Positions 49,542 through 57,929 of a DNA stretch of 64,000 nt are shown piece after piece. The translations under genes and the position numbers were made by a program. The notes beneath the pieces are model-generated. The model was given only the letters and a program-made list of their open reading frames with translations, was not told where the DNA came from and ran no database searches. Source of the DNA: an uncultured virus (IMG/VR IMGVR_UViG_3300029705_004726) (taxonomy: Duplodnaviria; Heunggongvirae; Uroviricota; Caudoviricetes); the IMG/VR virus record IMGVR_UViG_3300029705_004726, one strand, 5' to 3'. Numbering within the stretch: the first letter of the stretch is position 1; the number at the start of each line of letters is the position of its first letter.

Positions 49542-50033
49542 TTATTTTTCTCCTTCAAACTTTGCTTTTAATCGTTCATATTCGGCATACTCTTTTTCTT
49601 CTGCCTTACGAACGGATTCTTTTTCGGTTTCCTCTTTATCTTTTTTATCCTGTTCTAGCTTGTTAAGATGTTTTTTTAGTGCAACCTTTCTCCAGTTATT
49701 ACCGAGAAGCTTGTATAACGGGATACTTTTTTCCTTTTCTTCATACCCCCCACGAGGCCAGCTATCATAAACACGAAAGAGAACGTAGTCTCCCTCATCT
49801 AAGGAATAGTCTTCGTCAAAAACAAAAGGAGAATAATGACCCGAACGGTAAAATTCAACACAATCTGTAGCGTCAAGCTTTAGCTTATATCCTATGTCGT
49901 GTTCTGCTTCAAGATTTTCCCTTTCCCATTTCCAAACCTCTAATGCTTTTTCGTACAAGAAAGAGGCAATGTTTTTAACTTTTTGTTGATAAGTCTGAAA
50001 CTCTAACAATAACTCTTTTGTGGCGTTATCCAT
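49542..50033 (-). CDS. Hypothetical protein (EYERLKAK.EG tail), paralog of 50036..50470
   Basis: Shared N- and C-terminal motifs. Confidence 0.72.
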   Translation of the reverse strand: MDNATKELLLEFQTYQQKVKNIASFLYEKALEVWKWERENLEAEHDIGYKLKLDATDCVEFYRSGHYSPFVFDEDYSLDEGDYVLFRVYDSWPRGGYEEKEKSIPLYKLLGNNWRKVALKKHLNKLEQDKKDKEETEKESVRKAEEKEYAEYERLKAKFEGEK

Positions 50034-50035
50034 AT

Positions 50036-50470
50036 CTATTCTCCTCCTTCATATTTTGCTTTTAAGCGTTCGTATTCAGCTCGTTCTCTTATCTCTGCTT
50101 CTTTTGCAAGAGCTTCTTCTTCGAGTCTTTTTTGATGTTGTTCTTTTTTTACTTCTTCGTTATATGCATCAAGAGCCGTAACTTTCCAATCATCTGAAAA
50201 TAATTTATATTTGTCGATATAAAAATTCCATGTGTCTCTTGAATCATCATAGATTCTATGGCACTCAAAACCTACTTCATCTTTGTTAGAAAGAATAATT
50301 CTTACTAATTCCCAATGGCTGCTTGGAATTAATTCGTGGTCTTTACCGATATTTTTGTTTTCCCAGTAAAATATATCTTTTGCTCGGTCAAATAATGCAA
50401 TCGAAATATCATGGATTCGGTTCTGACAATGTTCAAATTCATTTAATAATTCCTGAGTAATATTGTTCAT
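50036..50470 (-). CDS. Hypothetical protein (EYERLKAK.EG tail)
   Basis: Start MNNITQ after AGGAGG. Confidence 0.72.
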   Translation of the reverse strand: MNNITQELLNEFEHCQNRIHDISIALFDRAKDIFYWENKNIGKDHELIPSSHWELVRIILSNKDEVGFECHRIYDDSRDTWNFYIDKYKLFSDDWKVTALDAYNEEVKKEQHQKRLEEEALAKEAEIRERAEYERLKAKYEGGE

Positions 50471-50502
50471 GGTATTTGCCTCCTTATTAAATAAAACTTT
50501 AT

Positions 50503-50724
50503 TTAGTGACTGTTTGCCCAATCAATGGCTTCCCATATATCATCAAACCAATCAGGTGTTTCAATATCTTCGTTATTGCTCTTGAGATAATATCCTAATT
50601 CAATCTCATCATCGGGATGGTCTTTTTTACAATCTTCTACACAGTCATAAATATCTCCATACGTATCAGTTATTTTATCGTGATTTGCACACACTACTAC
50701 TAATTCATATCCATTTATCTTCAT
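50503..50724 (-). CDS. Small acidic hypothetical protein
   Basis: AAGGAG RBS. Confidence 0.62.
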   Translation of the reverse strand: MKINGYELVVVCANHDKITDTYGDIYDCVEDCKKDHPDDEIELGYYLKSNNEDIETPDWFDDIWEAIDWANSH

Positions 50725-50759
50725 AAACTTAATCTCCTTTCCTCTAAACATAAATTGGG

Positions 50760-51029
50760 TTACCGTCCATATTTGTGTGAGCTTATGATTTTTTGTTTCT
50801 GTTCCTCATTTGCTTCGCACACGACAACAATCAAACCGTCTTCATATTGTAAATTTAAAATTTCAAAATCCAGATAATTCTGATTGCTATTAATCAGAAC
50901 ATCAACAGAACCTGTTTGTCGACAAACTAAATCTGTGCATTTATCAATTTCTTTAATGGGTGTTTGATATACTTTCATATTTACATTATCAACCCATAAC
51001 GCCATAAATTTTCTTACTGTCATACGCAT
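50760..51029 (-). CDS. Hypothetical protein
   Basis: AAGGAG RBS. Confidence 0.62.
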   Translation of the reverse strand: MRMTVRKFMALWVDNVNMKVYQTPIKEIDKCTDLVCRQTGSVDVLINSNQNYLDFEILNLQYEDGLIVVVCEANEEQKQKIISSHKYGR

Positions 51030-51191
51030 TCTCCTTTTTTTATTATTGATTTTCTCTTTTAATATTATTTTCTATAGAACCTTCTTGTTATAATTATACC
51101 ACATTATATGTGATATGTCTATATGGTAACAAGATTTTCTATAAATAAAAACACCTTACTTCCAATAAGAAATGAGGTGTTTTTTATGACG

Positions 51192-53423
51192 TTATACTGC
51201 CAATACACTGTTTCCATTAGTGTATTTAATTTTTTTATTCTCACAGTATTTTTTTAAGAAATCATCAAGTCCTTCAACAGTATCAGTTTTACAATTAGCA
51301 AATCCATGACATTGTCGAACCGTATTATCTCTTATTTCTAAAGTAAAGAAAGGTTTATCTAATTGTTCATTTTTACGAATAAATAAAATGTTTGTCTTCC
51401 CCTCTACGACACTATCAATATAAGATTTAACACAGTGATGTAGTGTTATACCTTCATTAGCTATATCTAGGTAACACTCTGGATATATAATAGAATATGT
51501 ATCATCAGAATATACATATTTTTTCCAAGACGAAATTCGTTTTTTAAATTTTTCTGTATATTCTTCATTCTTTTTTTCGTTTGATTTTAAGTTGTAAATA
51601 GCTACAATGTAATCATGACTATTCTTAAAATCTTCTGCGGTATTAAATTTACAACGTATTTCTTCATTATTTTCAAGTATAATATCAGACATTGTAATAT
51701 AGTCTTTTAAATGATGTAAAAATAAATACTTCATATTTTGCGATACTTTCAAAAGGTCTTTTATACAATTAGATAAATTTTTATACCCATTATGTTTTAC
51801 TAAAATATAAAACATATTTTTTATGTCATCAATAAATCCCTCTACCGAGCAATGAGAAAAATGAAAGAATGCCCAATAATTAAAATTATTGAAATTCGAT
51901 AATAATTCAATAAATTGTTCTTTGTTCATTGACTCAAAATATTCTATATTGTCTTTATAAGTATATTTCATAATTTTAATTGTATATGCCGTTAAATGTT
52001 CTTGTGCTTTATTATCTGCTTCTAATAATATTTTGTCTAGTTCTTTCAACATAAACGTTGGAATACCTATAGCTTTTGTAATGCTTGTTTCTTTATCATT
52101 TATATCACCAAACAACTTTTTAAGCTTTGATTTTGGTGATAAGTTTGGGTCAAAATGCATAGCCAAGTTATTTAATCCCATTTTTATAAAGGATTCATAT
52201 AATGAAAAGGTTAGACTTGAATATAACTCAGCGGAAGATTTTACACATTCAGCTAATGACTGAGATGAAAATTCCGCCTTGTCTTCAATTTTTTTATATG
52301 AATTTAAGCAAGCCTCTATTTGATGTTTAAAATATTTTAATTTGCAATTAGTTATTGCGTCATCAGGTGCATCTAATAGTACAAAATCAAAATTTATTGC
52401 CCTTAATCCATTAGGACACAAATACCATTCTTTTGAAGCTTTTTTGTATATACTAAATGTGTCATTAGAACAATATATTCTAATAACTTCATCGATTATT
52501 AAATCGTCTTCTAATAATGGAATATTTCTTTTATTTATTCTTAATACATCAGGCGCTATATAAAAAATTCTTATAACACTTAGTTTATCAGAAAGTTTGT
52601 CTAAGAATGATATCTTGAATTTTTTTGTATCAATCATTCTTTGATAATAATGATAATAATTTTTAATGTAATTTACTTCATCAACACTAAAAGTTTGTAG
52701 AAATATATTATAAGCCTTTTTCTTGTTTTCAATAGAAATTTCTTGTAAATCACAATTTTTTTCTGTTTTGATATTTTTGTCTGCATTTTTTTTAATTTCA
52801 TTTATTTTTGAAATATCAGAAAGAACAGATAAATTATTCACAGGTAAAAAGTTTAATCCACCAGAACAAATGGTATCACCAAAAAAATCTCTTATAAGAG
52901 ATATTGAATAGTCTCTATTTTCAAAGATACTACTTGCTGATTTTGATGAGAAGGCGTCAATAAATTTTTCTGAATCTAATTTTCTTAACGAGTTTCTAAT
53001 AGCTGGTCTAAAAGGTATATAACAACTTCCATTTTTTTCGAATACAAAACATGATTCATAAATAGTGTTTGTTCTGTTTTCTGATTCTTTTATGGGTTCC
53101 CAATGTTGTATATCTTCTTTTTTTGTATTAGTGATACGTGCCAGTTTTACAACTAACACATCATGTTTTTTGTTGTGGTATATAAAATATCCATTAATAG
53201 TCGTTGATAATGAAAGAAATATATATTTTTTTCCTGTACGAATAACATTGTCCATGTGACGGTCTTTCTTGCCCGTCATGTAATTATGATAGACGTATTC
53301 TCTTAATTTAATGTCATAATTAAACATGATTATATCGCTTGCATTTTTTGCAATTTCTTTAATAGAATTTTCGCCTTTGCCCTCGTAAATATCACGATAT
53401 ATAAGTTCTGTATCAAGAATCAT
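51192..53423 (-). CDS. PcfJ-domain protein (paralog 2)
   Basis: EGITLHHCVKSY...GKTNILFIRK...DKPFFTLEI...QCHG. Confidence 0.82.
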   Translation of the reverse strand: MILDTELIYRDIYEGKGENSIKEIAKNASDIIMFNYDIKLREYVYHNYMTGKKDRHMDNVIRTGKKYIFLSLSTTINGYFIYHNKKHDVLVVKLARITNTKKEDIQHWEPIKESENRTNTIYESCFVFEKNGSCYIPFRPAIRNSLRKLDSEKFIDAFSSKSASSIFENRDYSISLIRDFFGDTICSGGLNFLPVNNLSVLSDISKINEIKKNADKNIKTEKNCDLQEISIENKKKAYNIFLQTFSVDEVNYIKNYYHYYQRMIDTKKFKISFLDKLSDKLSVIRIFYIAPDVLRINKRNIPLLEDDLIIDEVIRIYCSNDTFSIYKKASKEWYLCPNGLRAINFDFVLLDAPDDAITNCKLKYFKHQIEACLNSYKKIEDKAEFSSQSLAECVKSSAELYSSLTFSLYESFIKMGLNNLAMHFDPNLSPKSKLKKLFGDINDKETSITKAIGIPTFMLKELDKILLEADNKAQEHLTAYTIKIMKYTYKDNIEYFESMNKEQFIELLSNFNNFNYWAFFHFSHCSVEGFIDDIKNMFYILVKHNGYKNLSNCIKDLLKVSQNMKYLFLHHLKDYITMSDIILENNEEIRCKFNTAEDFKNSHDYIVAIYNLKSNEKKNEEYTEKFKKRISSWKKYVYSDDTYSIIYPECYLDIANEGITLHHCVKSYIDSVVEGKTNILFIRKNEQLDKPFFTLEIRDNTVRQCHGFANCKTDTVEGLDDFLKKYCENKKIKYTNGNSVLAV

Positions 53424-53548
53424 TCTATCCCTTCTTTCATTATATTTTATTATGTACTCTTGTTATATTATACCACAAAATATTGCTTTTGTATATAGTT
53501 ATTGTAAAAAAATAACACATTCCTTGTAAAGAAGAAACGTGTTATTTT

Positions 53549-53923
53549 TCATTTTCTTAATCTATATTTTAGCATGGTTATACTTTTTGATAAACTATCC
53601 ATTGAAAACGGTTTTACAACAAAATCAATTGCACCGTCTTTGATTGTATTAAGGATTATTGGTTCCTGTCCCATTGACGATACCATTATGATTTTTGCTC
53701 CTTTGTCATATTGCATTATTTCTTTTAATACTTCCTCGCCGTTTTTGTTATCCATTACGACATCTAAAGTTACAAAATCGGGTTTTAATTCTTTATATTT
53801 TTTTATGGATTCTTCTCCATTAGAAGCTTCTCCTATAATTTCTATATTTTCGTCTATTTTTTTTAAGTTATTTTTGATGATTGTTCTCATGAACTTAGAA
53901 TCATCGCAAATAAGAACTTTCAT
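53549..53923 (-). CDS. Single-domain response regulator, CheY-like
   Basis: DDSKFMR, phosphoacceptor LDVVM, MVSSMGQ, FVVKPF. Confidence 0.9.
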   Translation of the reverse strand: MKVLICDDSKFMRTIIKNNLKKIDENIEIIGEASNGEESIKKYKELKPDFVTLDVVMDNKNGEEVLKEIMQYDKGAKIIMVSSMGQEPIILNTIKDGAIDFVVKPFSMDSLSKSITMLKYRLRK

Positions 53924-54058
53924 TTAAATGACCTCCATTTCGTTTGTGAGAGTTTTCTATATTTTAACTATAACACTAATTGATTTTTTTTGCAATACTT
54001 TTTAATAAAATTAGTCAAAAATAAAAAGGTGCCGCATAATGCGAACACCTTTCCTCTG

Positions 54059-54646
54059 TTATTTGCATAATGTTTTTGCCTCGTCTGATGTCATAGTCAG
54101 AAGTTCGATGATGTTTCCTAAATCAAATTTACCCACGAAATCTGCCTTTGCATTGTTTGATAAAAATAATACAATAGTGTCGTCCTTATCAGGGTATGCT
54201 ACTGTAATGTCATCTTCACCACTTGTTTCGTCAAAAATATAACACCTTAAGTGTTCCTCGACGAATTCGTTGTCCTTCATATAACAGGTATACAAATATC
54301 CTGTTTTTTGGTCATTTGTTAACAACCGAACATTATTATTTGACATCTTTAACATTCTTGATAACTTTAAGATGTCAGACGGAATCGGCTTTTCGCATCT
54401 TTTGCAGAAAAACACAAATGGTACGATTACACATGACAATAAGATGAACATAGTTAATACGGCAACAATCTTTTCCTTATTAAAGGAAGTAAAATAATTG
54501 ATGACAATACACGCAATGATGCTAATTAATGCAAGTGTCATACAGGTGATGCAGATTTTTTGAAATGTTGCAAGAGTTTTTTTGTATAATGCTTTTTTCT
54601 CTTTGTAACTTTCAATTTCCTTTTTGAGTCCTTCAATTCTAATCAT
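54059..54646 (-). CDS. Hypothetical membrane protein
   Basis: Two TM segments; AGGAGG RBS. Confidence 0.68.
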   Translation of the reverse strand: MIRIEGLKKEIESYKEKKALYKKTLATFQKICITCMTLALISIIACIVINYFTSFNKEKIVAVLTMFILLSCVIVPFVFFCKRCEKPIPSDILKLSRMLKMSNNNVRLLTNDQKTGYLYTCYMKDNEFVEEHLRCYIFDETSGEDDITVAYPDKDDTIVLFLSNNAKADFVGKFDLGNIIELLTMTSDEAKTLCK

Positions 54647-54818
54647 AGTTAGAACCTCCTTCGTAAAATGGCCTATACTGTTACAAAAAACTTTGTATTT
54701 ATATTATATCACAATACTCATTTAATTGATTAATTTTTATTTTATTTCTTAATCTATATTGACGCATACCATAAAAAGTGGTATAATAAATATATGAATT
54801 AAAGAGAGAGGGTGAAAC

Positions 54819-55160
54819 ATGAATAACTGTTCTTTAAAGGTAATTAGAAGTATTGAAGATATGACTGATTATTATATTGTGTTTGATGGTGTTAATGTTG
54901 GGAATTTGGATGTTACTGAAAAAGAAGACGAAGTCTTTATTAAACATATTGGCATTGCTAATGAATATAGAAGATGTGGTTATGCTAGAAAAGTGCTTGA
55001 ATATATGTTTTACCTTTTTAAGAAAGATATTTCTTTTTGTATTGCAACCCGTAGTGAATCCGCTGTTAAGTTTTGGAACAAGATTATTGAAGAAAAGAAT
55101 GGTATTCATATTAGAGGGAATATATATAAGTTGCCATACAAAAAAAATGCAAAAATTTAA
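54819..55160 (+). CDS. GNAT-family acetyltransferase
   Basis: I.I..EYRRCGYA acetyl-CoA loop; A..FW. Confidence 0.8.
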   Translation: MNNCSLKVIRSIEDMTDYYIVFDGVNVGNLDVTEKEDEVFIKHIGIANEYRRCGYARKVLEYMFYLFKKDISFCIATRSESAVKFWNKIIEEKNGIHIRGNIYKLPYKKNAKI

Positions 55161-55168
55161 AAAAGGTA

Positions 55169-55197
55169 TTGACATATACCATATATCGTGGTATACT
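55169..55197 (+). promoter_or_regulatory. sigmaA-type promoter of the ncRNA/tRNA operon
   Basis: TTGACA-17 bp-(TG)TATACT. Confidence 0.85.
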
Positions 55198-55207
55198 AAG
55201 TACATAA

Positions 55208-55279
55208 GGTTGTAGCAGAGAAACGATTACATCTACAAATCTCATACGTTTGAAAACATCGTTTCTATTATTCACAACT
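55208..55279 (+). ncRNA. Y-RNA-like family copy D, with CAT anticodon-arm mimic
   Basis: GGTTGT-AGCAGA-GAAACGAT-TACATC..CAAAT-CTCATAC-GTTTG..ATCGTTTC-TATTATTC-ACAACT. Confidence 0.75.
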
Positions 55280-55298
55280 ACATAATAAAAAATAATAA

Positions 55299-55388
55299 AT
55301 AACTGTAGCAGAAAGATTATTACATCTTAATCGAACAATTGACTGTAAATCAATGATAAACAAAATAATCTTTAATATACGCAGTTAT
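55299..55388 (+). ncRNA. Y-RNA-like family copy E, with GTA (Tyr) anticodon-arm mimic
   Basis: AACTGT-AGCAG-AAAGATTAT-TACATC..ATTGA-CTGTAAA-TCAAT..ATAATCTTT-AATATAC-GCAGTT. Confidence 0.75.
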
Positions 55389-55394
55389 AAATTT

Positions 55395-55467
55395 GGCTCG
55401 GTAGCTCAGATGGTAGAGCGATAGCCTGAACAGCTATGCGTCGGTGTTTCGAAAGCACCCTGAGCCA
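55395..55467 (+). tRNA. tRNA-Phe(GAA), atypical (C37, non-canonical T-arm)
   Basis: GGCTCGG/CTGAGCC; ATAGC-CTGAACA-GCTAT; GGTGT-TTCGAAA-GCACC. Confidence 0.8.
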
Positions 55468-55469
55468 CT

Positions 55470-55555
55470 AGGGAAGTCGGCGGCAACAGTTCGATACTGC
55501 TACTTTGGAAGACCGTTTGTTGGGAGAGTCGTAGGTTCGAGTCCTACCTTCCCTT
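55470..55555 (+). ncRNA. tRNA-like element (intact acceptor and T-arm, non-tRNA middle)
   Basis: AGGGAAG/CTTCCCT; GTAGG-TTCGAGT-CCTAC. Confidence 0.65.
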
Positions 55556-55611
55556 TATGGGGTATTAGCTCAGATGAATATAGAATGATAAATTTAATAA
55601 AGGAGATTTTT

Positions 55612-55833
55612 ATGAAAAAAAGATACATACAAGTTCATACAGAGGACGGCACTCTAATATCCGAAAAACTGATTGAAGGAAGTCTGAAAAAATTGTCGGA
55701 CAAAGGTATTTTGAAAATTTTGCTTCGGGAGAGTGACCCGCTGTCCAATCCTTGTCTCGAAAAAACAGAGAACGGTGTTGTTCTTCATAGAAACTGGCCA
55801 CTCAAAACGGTTATTTCCATTTGCAAAAAGTAG
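55612..55833 (+). CDS. Hypothetical protein between the direct repeats
   Basis: MKKRYIQVHTEDG...; AAGGAG RBS. Confidence 0.65.
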   Translation: MKKRYIQVHTEDGTLISEKLIEGSLKKLSDKGILKILLRESDPLSNPCLEKTENGVVLHRNWPLKTVISICKK

Positions 55834-55860
55834 GTTGGACAGAAAGACAGGCAAATGAAG

Positions 55861-55925
55861 TGGAGAGAGACTTTAACAAAATCTCTGCAATAGAGGAGTT
55901 GTAGGTTCGAGTCTTACCTTTCCAT
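55861..55925 (+). ncRNA. Short tRNA-like element (acceptor and T-arm)
   Basis: TGGAGAG/CTTTCCA; GTAGG-TTCGAGT-CTTAC; small hairpin CTCT/AGAG. Confidence 0.55.
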
Positions 55926-55928
55926 TAT

Positions 55929-56001
55929 GGGGTATTAGCTCAGATGGTAGAGCACTTGACTTTTAATCAAGGAGTCACGGGTTCAAGTCCCGTATGCCTC
56001 A
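55929..56001 (+). tRNA. tRNA-Lys(TTT)
   Basis: Cloverleaf; CTTGA-CTTTTAA-TCAAG. Confidence 0.95.
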
Positions 56002-56044
56002 TTATCTATTTTATAAAGTAGATGAAAAACAGGAGGTGGGTATA

Positions 56045-56353
56045 ATGTGGTCTTTATTTTGTGAATTACCACCAGAACTTTTAAAACAGGAAGCAAAAAC
56101 GTGTGTGAGAACGCATTATGATGAAAATGAGTATAAAAAATTACACACAAAACAGTTGCTTAAGGAATTAGATGGACTAAGAAAAAGTAATCCCGCTAAT
56201 TGTTGTTTTTGTTGTTCTAATTGGAGAAAATGTGATAAGATAAATGAAGAAAACATGAACATGATTAGAAAAATTCTTGCAACAAGAGAACACGTATTAA
56301 ATAAAAAAGAATCTAAACAGCTTCGCAAAGAAAGAATAAAACGAGGTGTTTAG
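56045..56353 (+). CDS. Hypothetical protein
   Basis: AGGAGG RBS; IL.TREH..NK.E.K..R motif. Confidence 0.7.
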   Translation: MWSLFCELPPELLKQEAKTCVRTHYDENEYKKLHTKQLLKELDGLRKSNPANCCFCCSNWRKCDKINEENMNMIRKILATREHVLNKKESKQLRKERIKRGV

Positions 56354-56361
56354 CATATATT

Positions 56362-56447
56362 GGTCAGGTGTCCGAGTGGTTTATGGAGCTGGTCTTGAAA
56401 ACCAGTGATGCGGAAACGCACCGTGGGTTCGAATCCCACCCTGACCG
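56362..56447 (+). tRNA. tRNA-Ser(TGA)
   Basis: Long variable arm, G73; CTGGT-CTTGAAA-ACCAG. Confidence 0.95.
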
Positions 56448-56599
56448 TTGACGCCGTGTACGTCAATTAAAAACCCCCACAGTCTCGTGCAATATCTCGT
56501 TTGTATGGGAAAGGATATATGGAAGACGGGATTGAAGTATATCTAAAGTGGTAGAAACCATAGTGGCAAGTTTGTGTGGGGTATCTTGCTTATTTAAAT

Positions 56600-56673
56600 G
56601 GACCGTTAGCTCAATTGGTCAGAGCATTCGGCTCATAACCGAACGGTTCTGGGTTCAAGTCCCAGGCGGTCCA
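56600..56673 (+). tRNA. tRNA(CAT), probably Ile2 (lysidine) rather than Met
   Basis: TTCGG-CTCATAA-CCGAA; GGACC acceptor resembles Firmicute tRNA-Ile2. Confidence 0.9.
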
Positions 56674-56779
56674 TTTTTCAATTTTAAGGAAATTTTGAGC
56701 AAAAATGAAAATCGCATAAAAAGGGATAATATTTTTTTATCATCTTTTTTTTTAGCTTATAAAAGGAGAGTGCGATACT

Positions 56780-57121
56780 ATGAAAATAAAAATTTTAAGA
56801 TTTTTAAAGCTTGCTAAAGATAAAATTAAGAGCAACTTTACTTTTATTTTAATTGTAGTTGTTTTTTTTATATCAATATTTGTTTATCATATTAATACTG
56901 AAATGATTGTAATAGAGGGTAGGTTTGAAGAGATGTGTCAAGATGCCGACACGGAAGAACTCCTTTATATTGTTGTTAAGACGGATAATCAAGATAGGGT
57001 GAAAATATTGAGTAAAGTATTTGAGGATGGCAAACCTCATTCTTCTCTTGGAAGAAGAGTTACTTATACTGTAAAAAAATATTCTAATCAGTACGAAATT
57101 ATTCAAAGGGGGGATAAATGA
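56780..57121 (+). CDS. Hypothetical membrane-anchored protein
   Basis: One TM; AAGGAG RBS. Confidence 0.65.
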   Translation: MKIKILRFLKLAKDKIKSNFTFILIVVVFFISIFVYHINTEMIVIEGRFEEMCQDADTEELLYIVVKTDNQDRVKILSKVFEDGKPHSSLGRRVTYTVKKYSNQYEIIQRGDK

Positions 57122-57144
57122 TATCATAAAAAAATAAAAAACTC

Positions 57145-57173
57145 TTGACGCATACCATATATTATGGTATAAT
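57145..57173 (+). promoter_or_regulatory. sigmaA-type promoter with palindromic spacer
   Basis: TTGACG-17 bp-TATAAT containing ATACCATA-N3-TATGGTAT. Confidence 0.85.
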
Positions 57174-57182
57174 AAATACATA

Positions 57183-57257
57183 AGGTTATAGCAGAGATAG
57201 CGATTACATCGAAAATTTTATCAGAAAAATAAAAATCGTTTCTAATATTCGTAACCT
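57183..57257 (+). ncRNA. Y-RNA-like family copy F
   Basis: AGGTTAT-AGCAGA-GATAGCGAT-TACATC..TTTTAT-CAGAAAA-ATAAAA..ATCGTTTC-TAATATTC-GTAACCT. Confidence 0.75.
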
Positions 57258-57264
57258 ATATAAC

Positions 57265-57348
57265 GGACGGTAGTTCAATTGGTTAGAGCGTTCAGTTTTT
57301 ATATCTTTTGTAACTGAAAGGTTTGAGGTTCGATTCCTTGACAGTCTA
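57265..57348 (+). ncRNA. Aberrant tRNA-like gene with expanded anticodon loop
   Basis: D-arm GTTC-AATTGGTTA-GAGC, stem TTCAGTT/AACTGAA with 14-nt loop, T-arm GAGG-TTCGATT-CCTT, imperfect acceptor. Confidence 0.65.
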
Positions 57349-57349
57349 T

Positions 57350-57826
57350 TAGCCTTATGGCGAGCATTGTCCGTGATGTGTCAAAACACGGAATATTGCC
57401 GAAGAATATCGGACGAGGTTAAAGAGCGTAAGTGACTTGCTGTAGTGTCGTGAGATGGGGTGTTTTGCGAGGCTCCTATAAAAACTCACATAAGCGATGA
57501 AAGCACAGTTGGGTTTGAAATGAGAGGTGATGCCAGGGACTCACCAACGAAAAACCTAAAAGAGACCCTCTGGGGTAAGCATTTCAGGGCTGTAACCTTC
57601 TTGACAGGAAAATAACTAAATTAGCTTGTAGGTACGTAAAAGAAACCTTCTGAGGCGATAATTCGTAGGGCAACGGCTGTCTGCGCGTGGACAGGGCATA
57701 AAGAGTATCCGTTGGAGAGTTGTGGTACGGCTCAAATAAATAAACTCTTCCCTTATAGGGAACAAATACTCATTCTTTCTTTCTAGAAGGGAAAAAATTA
57801 GCCTTATTTCGGTTGGAATAGGGCTA
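57350..57826 (+). ncRNA. Large structured ncRNA (~480 nt), ROOL-like
   Basis: GC-enriched, no credible ORF, many helices, follows a tRNA-like gene, ends at a terminator; AATATCGGACG and TGGGGTAAGCAT resemble motifs recalled from ROOL RNAs. Confidence 0.65.
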
Positions 57827-57834
57827 TATTTTTT
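57799..57834 (+). terminator. Intrinsic terminator
   Basis: TAGCCTTATTTC/GGAATAGGGCTA plus T-tract. Confidence 0.7.
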
Positions 57835-57929
57835 GTAAAAAATATATATGGCAGTAGACAAATACTTTATTTTGTGGTATAATTAAGATATGATAAAGAA
57901 AACTATATATCACGAAGGAGGTTTTAATT

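Larger units (their letters stand above)
55526..55946 (+). repeat. 51-bp direct repeat (55526-55576 and 55896-55946, 4 mismatches) including the first 18 nt of tRNA-Lys
   Basis: GAGTYGTAGGTTCGAGTCYTACCTTYCCWTTATGGGGTATTAGCTCAGATG twice, 370 bp apart. Confidence 0.88.

Noticed and set aside
55444..56817. ORF-track starts at 55444, 55994 and 56548
   Set aside because: They overlap tRNA genes; starts were moved to RBS-supported ATGs (55612, 56045) and the 56548 ORF was discarded.
57616..57861. 81-aa minus-strand ORF within the large RNA
   Set aside because: No RBS or motif; antisense to a promoter/terminator-defined structured region.
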